Below are positions 27,527 through 33,235 of a stretch of 33,235 nt of DNA, piece after piece (positions within the stretch are counted from its first letter, which is position 1; every line of letters begins with the position of its first letter). Made by a program: the position numbers and the translations under genes. The stretch is from assembly GCA_963745235.1 (NCBI GenBank), contig CAVUXE010000030.1, positions 1 through 33,235 of the forward strand. Direction: 5' to 3'. The notes beneath the pieces are model-generated. The model was not told the origin of the DNA, made no database searches, and was given only the letters and a program-made list of their open reading frames with translations. Source of the stretch: an uncultured Spirochaetota bacterium (GTDB lineage Bacteria > Spirochaetota > Spirochaetia > SZUA-6 > Fen-1364).

Positions 27527-27611
27527 TCAGAGCGATCAACAAAAGCGGCTTGCTCTCGTTGCAACAGAAGCCAACCCCCGCGGTCACCACGAAAGAGGGA
27601 GACCGGCCGGC

Positions 27612-27779
27612 ATGATCGTCGGGATCATTCTCTGTCTCACATTATTTCTCCTCGGAGTCCGTGTGGGGATGGAAGTAGCGGCCAAGATCTACGGCGTGAG
27701 GAAGGAGCGCGGAAAAGGGGAGATCCTCGTCGAAGAAGCCTACCGGAAATGGCTCGGGAGTAGGAGAGCTCGCCCGTGA
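27612..27779 (+). CDS. Small membrane-anchored protein
   Basis: MIVGIILCLTLFLLGVRVG hydrophobic N-terminus; GAGGGAG upstream. Confidence 0.45.
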   Translation: MIVGIILCLTLFLLGVRVGMEVAAKIYGVRKERGKGEILVEEAYRKWLGSRRARP

Positions 27780-28135
27780 TCGCCTCCTTGATTTCTCTTT
27801 CAAGCGCCAGGTCAAGGGAAGCCCTCAACTTGTCCGCCCGCTACCGCTCGATCTCAGGACCGCCACGCCCTATGCCGGGCAGTCCACCTCGTCCGCCGTC
27901 TCCATCCTGCAGAGCTTTTCGAGTAAAGTACACGATCCGACTGCCGAAAAGGCAGACGGAAATCCACATAGCTCTGACACGGCTCCGGGATCCCGCTCAT
28001 CGAGGGCCGCTTCTTTTCTTCCCCCTGTACTCCCCGCAGGGTGCATACTCTCCCGCGCCAGGCCATGGTGCGCGCTGAGAGGGCGCGACAGGGGATCCTC
28101 CGGTAGTTCCTGAGTGAAACAGCCTGGCGCTTTTC

Positions 28136-28288
28136 TCAACCCGCTTGCCCAAACACCATGATGCAACAGATGACGAATAGCACGCCGATCGTTCCCATGA
28201 TCAGAAGAAGCATCCACCAGCCCTTCTGAAACATCTCAACGTCAAGGCGTTCTCGAAGGAAGTTGCGCACTCTATTGGTTGTGCTCAC
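28136..28288 (-). CDS. Small single-TM peptide (50 aa, or 32 aa from ATG 28234)
   Basis: GGGAGG before GTG 28288; GWWMLLLIMGTIGVLFVICCIMVFG; TTGACT-18-CATACT upstream on the minus strand. Confidence 0.5.
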   Translation of the reverse strand: MSTTNRVRNFLRERLDVEMFQKGWWMLLLIMGTIGVLFVICCIMVFGQAG

Positions 28289-28454
28289 CCGGTCCCTCCC
28301 CAAAAATAGGGGCCAAGGACGGCAACGCCGAGGCCCCCAGCCCCTTTCAGGACACCTCAACGAGTATGCCAGCGGGATCCCGGCCAAGTCAACGCATCCA
28401 GCAATTGGACCGTATGATATACTCAGCTAAATCAAAACGTCACACCTCTGTGAT

Positions 28455-28501
28455 GGCCCGGTCGGCTTGTGGCGCGACAAGTCGCCCGGGCCTTTCTGTT
28501 T
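28455..28501 (+). terminator. Intrinsic terminator of a possible ~70-nt sRNA
   Basis: GGCCCGG.CGGCTTGT...ACAAGTCG.CCGGGCC followed by TTTCTGTTT; extended -10 TGATATACT at 28415-28423. Confidence 0.55.
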
Positions 28502-28689
28502 GTCGGGTCTCGCTTGCCGGCCCTCTGCCCGAGACTGATCTTTCATGCAGCGTTAATGCGCGGGCACGGAGTCCGGTGGCGGTAAGTCGGCGTTGGTGAT
28601 CATCGCTTTCCCTTGGGAACTGTTACCCAACGCAGGAGATCGTCAGCATGAGGAGAGGCCCCCTATACACCATGCCTCCGTGCCTCTCT

Positions 28690-28727
28690 AAGAAATTGCC
28701 CCCGGGAAGGAGGTGAACCGGGGGCAA
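28690..28727 (-). terminator. Perfect 10-bp hairpin with an anti-Shine-Dalgarno loop and U tail (minus strand)
   Basis: TTGCCCCCGG-TTCACCTCCTTC-CCGGGGGCAA-TTTCTT. Confidence 0.55.
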
Positions 28728-28875
28728 CGATCCCCATGAGAAAAGCTAAGTTAAAGCTTATCGCGATCATCGGCCAAAAACAAAAACTCACCCAGCTTCG
28801 CGATACTCCAAGAGTGAATTTTACTCTCTGCCAGACCTCCTGAGAAGCCGGCTTCCTGTGTGTAACCTTTAAGAC

Positions 28876-29079
28876 ATGGGAGTCTGCAATATGGCTTCAG
28901 ACCAGATCTGTTTCGATGCGGCAAATATTGGCTTTGCGGCGTATTACGAAGTCCCCAGAGACGTCTATCTCAAACTGCAGGCCCTGGCGGACCTAATGAA
29001 AAAGAGTCCCAGCTCTGAGGAGTTCGCAACGAGGCTGCTCTCGCTGCTCGGCCAGGTTGAGTGTGTTCTCAAAGACTGA
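28876..29079 (+). CDS. Small hypothetical protein
   Basis: 67-aa ORF; an alternative ATG follows GGGAG. Confidence 0.5.
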   Translation: MGVCNMASDQICFDAANIGFAAYYEVPRDVYLKLQALADLMKKSPSSEEFATRLLSLLGQVECVLKD

Positions 29080-29143
29080 CGCGGCATAGCCCCGGGCTTT
29101 TACGAACAACAGCCTCTTGTCGGTAACGGTGTTTTTCCCTTGG

Positions 29144-29210
29144 TAGAATACACGGCTAGCCCTCTGCGGATCGCACCACGGGGCAGGGCGAGCGTACGAT
29201 TTTGGAGATT
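29144..29210 (+). repeat. ACACGGC element, copy D (no convincing downstream gene)
   Basis: TAGAAT ACACGGC...; GATTTTGGAGATT starts 48 nt after the ACACGGC start, exactly as in copy A. Confidence 0.7.
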
Positions 29211-29362
29211 GCGTGTCTGACAGGTGTTCGAACGGCTATTCTTGCGTACGGGAACTCGGGCGACGGCCTTCCTTCGGCTCATGGGGTAGCCAGAAAGCTA
29301 GACACTTGAGAGATGTTCAAGACGTATGTTTCCGTGATCCCGCTCTCAAAAGAAGAGCGTTG

Positions 29363-30350
29363 CTAAAGGGAGAAATCCCCAGACTCGTTGAAGCTGAGCG
29401 GGACCGGGTCCTTGCGGATCTCATCCGGCAGCTTAATGGAAGCACTGCCCGCCACCGTGAAGGTGCCTCTTCTCTGCGAGAAGAGAGCCCTGACCTCCCG
29501 CGAGAGTCGTGCTGAGCTAATTGTATTCGACACGGTGATGATATCCCTCCCCTGCTCGCTAACAACGTTGGTGCTCTCTCCTGTGACCAGCTTCTGTCCG
29601 TTCACCGAAAGATCATAACCGAGCTTATCGAATGACAGCGGTCCACGTGCCTCGTTACGGATCTCCAGGGTGAAGCTCACGGTGAGAGGAATATCTAGGT
29701 CCGCCGGATCGAATGATCGGCTCAGATAGCTCTTTTCCTGCGAGGATGTCCCTGAAAACACCCAGTGCTTTGTCGGGGTCTGTTTTCCTTCCCGAGCGAG
29801 CAATGGCTTCGGCAACCTGATCCCGGGTTGGCGGCTCCACCCGGAAGCCCACAAGAGCCACCTTCGGCTTGATGGCCGGGATCTTCTTGGCAAAAGAATA
29901 CGTGAAGGTGATATTTCCCGGCAGGCCGGGGAGCTTAGGCAGGGGAATGGTAAGAGTCCCATCGATCACCGTGTTCAGCCAGTCGTGTTGGGTGTAGTCC
30001 TTGATGACCCTGATGATCGACTCGTAGGTTAGGGTCACGGTGAAGGTGTTCGTCTTTTCGCTGTTCGCGGGAACGGAAAAGCCGCCCTGGCTGGCCGCGG
30101 TGAACACCTTCGCGCTTTCCACCGTGAAATTGAGGGTCATCCCGTCGAAACCGATGTTCACCGGGTAGGGATTCTTGACCGCAAGGTCGAAAAGAAACGT
30201 CACGTCCCGCAGGCTGATGGCCTCTAGCTCAAAACGCCTGACCTCAGCGGTTGGCTTGGGAAGGTTGCTGGGTGGGCTCGGCAGATTGAAGGCCCAGAGT
30301 GAAACTGCAAAAGAGAAAAACAAAAGCAAGGAAATCAGTCGTCTGGCCAT
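29363..30350 (-). CDS. Exported LEA type 2 (LEA14/WHy) double-domain protein, frameshift near 29712
   Basis: Signal peptide; FLFDLAVKNPYPVNIGFDG and FTLEIRNEA...LGYDLSVNG domains; ELSEPII/DPADLDIP joins across one extra base. Confidence 0.8.
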
Positions 30351-30593
30351 AAGTAGTCATGTTCTCCCTCCCCGAGTATAGCAGGGAACAGCAGATAAAA
30401 TCCTCCCCCTTTTTTTCGTAGATCTCTCTTCGATAAGCGAAGAAGTGTCGAAGAATTTCTCCTTCCTGACAACACCTTGTTGTCGGTGAAAAACCTCGCA
30501 TAGCGGGCCTGGTGAGGTTTTCCGAAGGTCTGCCGTGCTTTTGTACTCCTCCTAGTTGACAATTGGGCGACAATCAAGGCAAGGGAGACTCTT

Positions 30594-30797
30594 ATGGCGG
30601 AGTACCGACCATGTCCGTGGTGCGGCGTAGATGTCACAACGACGGCTCCCCTGAAGGCAGCCGCAGGGGTTGGCTCGATCCCTCAGAGCAGCCCGCCCGG
30701 CGTGTTCTGGGACAGAAATAGTGGCCAGCACACCGAAAAAGGCTGTCCCTCCACTAAGGCGCCCGAAAACCTCAAGGTAACCCCCCGGGCGCGTTAG
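30594..30797 (+). CDS. Small putative Zn-binding protein, copy 3
   Basis: MAEYRPCPWCGVDV...FWDRNSGQHTEKGCPS; AGGGAG RBS. Confidence 0.62.
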   Translation: MAEYRPCPWCGVDVTTTAPLKAAAGVGSIPQSSPPGVFWDRNSGQHTEKGCPSTKAPENLKVTPRAR

Positions 30798-30826
30798 TAC
30801 CCTGGCGTTGAAGGATAAAAAGAGTC

Positions 30827-31009
30827 ATGGAAGGGCAAATTGTTGTAGGAGATGTCGTGCGGTTTAAGGGCGGCGGATCGCCGATGACTGTTGAGAAGAT
30901 AGAGGGTGACGAAGCTATCTGTGTTTTTTCCCTTGGTGGTAAGCAACGCCTAAAACTTGATGTCCTTGAGAAGGTTCCAGATGAACCTCACTGGTGGGAC
31001 AGAGGATAA
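30827..31009 (+). CDS. YodC/DUF2158-family protein, copy 3
   Basis: Nearly identical to copies 1 and 2. Confidence 0.8.
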   Translation: MEGQIVVGDVVRFKGGGSPMTVEKIEGDEAICVFSLGGKQRLKLDVLEKVPDEPHWWDRG

Positions 31010-31297
31010 GAGCATGACGGTGAGTACAGAATGCCTTTGAGAAGATCGATCAGTTTGTCAATCAAGGCAGGTTACGCATGCGTGACAGCGTAGGGAGGGG
31101 GAACCTTATCCTAGACGCATATCCCCGCCGTGTTGCGCAATGCGAGAGATGGAGTGGCAGACTTTTGCAGTCTGCTCGATGAAGTAATCATCGATGAGAG
31201 TATCGAGGACATCACCTACGAGCCCGAGAACGGCAAAACATGACTCTCCGACCAGGAAGGAAGGATTCTTTTTCGCTTTCGCTAAAGCTATAACGTG

Positions 31298-31560
31298 CTA
31301 TCGGGCTTTTCGGGTCTTCCTAAGCGTGAGAAGAATGGCCTCTCCTGCCTTCTCAGTGCTGATCCTGCAAGTTATGTCGGCCCCTGACCGCTTTTGGATG
31401 CTTGTGAGGATACCGGGGAGCTTCTCACCAGTGATTCGTGACAGTTCAATCGATCGCTTTATATCGCAGTGCAAGCAAGTAGCAGTCTCCCCGCAGCGGC
31501 CCTGCGATGTCACACTCTTGCAGTCCAAAGCCTCACCAATCTTCAGCCTACCGGCTTGCG
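31298..31560 (-). pseudogene. Fragment of a Cys-rich hypothetical protein
   Basis: IGEALDC.....RCGETATCLHCDIKRSI; no clear 5' end. Confidence 0.4.
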
Positions 31561-31679
31561 GTCATGGCGATCGAATGCCCTGCGGAAATGGCCGTTTGAG
31601 CAAAGAACTGTATCGTCGCCGGCGATGAGGGCGACCGGGGAGTCCAGTGACTCCAGATAAGCGGCCAGCCTGATCAGTG

Positions 31680-31885
31680 CTTGCGAACTGCAGACCACCG
31701 ATCCCGGGCATCATGACATCCAGAACGATAAGGTCGGGAAGCTTTCCAGAATGGAGAACACCCAAGGCCGCCTCGGAGCTTGTTGCGCCGAGCACATGGT
31801 GCTCGGCCTTGAGGATTTCCGCCAGCACGGAGGTGTCCAGCGGCGAATCGTCGATGACCAGGAGAGTCGTTTTTTCTGCGCTCAT
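31680..31885 (-). pseudogene. Truncated REC-domain protein
   Basis: LLVIDDSP...PDLIVLDVMMPGIGG, then homology is lost; ATG overlaps the upstream stop. Confidence 0.78.
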
Positions 31886-32999
31886 CCGGATTGCTCGTTC
31901 GTATCGCCAAATTTCCGGGAAATCTCCGGCAGCTGCCCTGCGATCTCCAGGAAGCCATCGACCATGTCCGAGTCGAAATGCGAGCCGGCATCTTCTCGGA
32001 TCATGGAGAGAGCGGTCTCGTGGGGAATCGCCGGCTTGTAGACCCGCTTGCTGAGAAGCGCGTCATAGACATCGACGACTGCCATCAAGCGTCCCGGCAC
32101 AGGGATATCGTTCCCCGAAAGCCCCTGAGGGTAACCCTTGCCATCCCACCTCTCATGATGGGTCCAAGCGATCTCCCGCGCGAGGTGCAGGAAGGTGGTG
32201 GGCGAGTCAAGCAGTCTCTCGGCAGCTATGATGGCATTGCGACCCAGCGTTGTGTGTGTCTTCATGATCTCAAACTCCTCCAGAGTCAACTTGCCAGGTT
32301 TCAAGAGGATGTTATCAGGAATGCCGACCTTCCCGATGTCGTGCAGCGGAGCCGACTTGTAGAGAAGGTCGATCGTGTCAGGAGTAAGATAACCTGCAAG
32401 ACGTGCATGCTCCTTCATCTTGGTGGCGAGCGCCCTTAGGTAGTGTTGGGTGCGCCTGATGTGGTTACCCGTTTCGTTGTCCCTGGTTTCGGCAAGAGAA
32501 CCCATGGCGACCATTGTCGCGTCCTGAATCGCGGAGATCTCCCGGGTCCTGCGTTGAACCTCCTGTTCGAGAAACTCGCTCTTGTCACGCAGGAAATCCC
32601 TCGCGCTCTTGAGCTGGAGGTGGGTGCGCACTCGTGCTGTGACGATGGGAGGGCTGATCGGCTTTGCGATGTAATCGACTGCCCCCAGCTCCAGTCCTCG
32701 CCTTTCGTCCTCCACATCGGACCTCGCGGTGAGAAAGATGACCGGGATGTCCGCGGTTTTTGGATTTTCTTTCAGACGTCGGCACACTTCGTACCCATCC
32801 ATGCCCGGCATCATGACGTCGAGGAGTATGAGGTCAGGCTGACCGTTTATGGAGGCGAGCCGCAGAGCTGTCTCCCCCTCGGTGGCGACCTTCGTCCTGT
32901 ACGCTCCTTGAGGAGCGAACTTATCAGAGCAATGTTCTCCGGCGTGTCATCCACGATCAGAATGGTCGGTCTTCTGGTGCTTTCATCAACTTCTGTCAT
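31882..32999 (-). CDS. REC + HD-GYP c-di-GMP phosphodiesterase response regulator (RpfG-like), frameshift near 32901
   Basis: ILIVDDTPEN / PDLILLDVMMPGMDGYEVC; LHDIGK, HHERWDGKGYP, DVYDAL..KRVYK. Confidence 0.92.
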
Positions 33000-33235
33000 T
33001 AGCTCTCCCCTTCTTGGAGTTTGCTCCATGACTTCCTGGATTAGTTTCAACAAGGAAAGTGCCGTTTTGAAATCGTATGCTTGAAGTCTCTCGCGGAGCT
33101 TCGCCACTTCCTCTCGGGGAGAAACAGCCTCGAGGCTCCTGCACACCGTCTCGAACAGATCGAGCGCTTCGCTGTGGCTTTCCTCGATGAGGGCAGAAAG
33201 CCTCTGGAGGGCGGACAGGATCTCGTGCGGTTTCT
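33000..33235 (-). CDS. C-terminal end of a probable hybrid sensor kinase (post-HPt helical domain); runs off the window
   Basis: LQRLSALIEESHSEALDLF...LQAYDFKTALSLL, directly upstream of an HD-GYP regulator. Confidence 0.55.

Noticed and set aside
2221-27985. Bare ACACGGC heptamers (for example 2221 minus, ~8452, ~16973, ~27977)
   Set aside because: A 7-mer is expected several times by chance; these lack the N10-CGCGTT part and some are inside coding sequence.
11204-28747. 13-bp inverted match CATGAGAAAAGCT between 11204-11216 and 28735-28747
   Set aside because: Isolated matches of this length are expected by chance in 33 kb, and there is no flanking similarity.
30571-31069. 11-bp direct repeat CAATCAAGGCA flanking Zn-finger/YodC copy 3 as a target-site duplication
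   Set aside because: The left copy lies inside the region homologous to module copy 1, and it is not seen around the other copies; chance is plausible.
32997-33146. In-frame fusion of the sensor-kinase tail to the HD-GYP regulator
   Set aside because: A TAATG stop/start overlap and an SD-like GGGGAG sit at the junction, so an upstream indel is the simpler explanation.
1-33235. tRNA or rRNA genes
   Set aside because: None recognised; the anti-SD motif at 28706-28717 is not embedded in 16S sequence.

Overview
The window looks like the junction between a conjugative plasmid/ICE backbone and a heavily rearranged cargo region. The host may be a spirochaete-like bacterium, inferred only from the lipoprotein signals and the ClpP sequence. 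Bases 1-6600 are co-oriented + strand backbone/leading-region genes: topB, an NHL-repeat lipoprotein, an ArdC-like antirestriction protein, a PLD-family nuclease, ssb and small hypotheticals, separated by hairpin-rich intergenic DNA. An intact IS110 follows (about 6617-8102), with a ~370-bp strongly structured upstream non-coding region that is a bridge-RNA candidate. Copies of an IS110-like right end are tandemly duplicated at 9.3-9.55 kb. The remaining 25 kb holds five paralogous DARPin-like ankyrin genes, three copies of a Zn-finger ORF + YodC module, two tyrosine recombinases (one 5'-truncated), two type II TA pairs, a HerA/DUF87-like ATPase, a ClpP with Tyr at the catalytic Ser position, an IS3 remnant, LEA14 and HD-GYP genes, and many gene fragments (hoxH, DUF72, TPR, REC). 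The most unusual signal is a fixed-geometry ~60-bp intergenic element (ACACGGC-N10-CGCGTT(C/G)G ... (A/T)TTTTGGA). It recurs, co-oriented with the downstream gene, between single cargo genes and could be a non-attC cassette boundary or a shared regulatory leader. At least eight single-base frameshifts suggest consensus errors or decay, so pseudogene calls are provisional.
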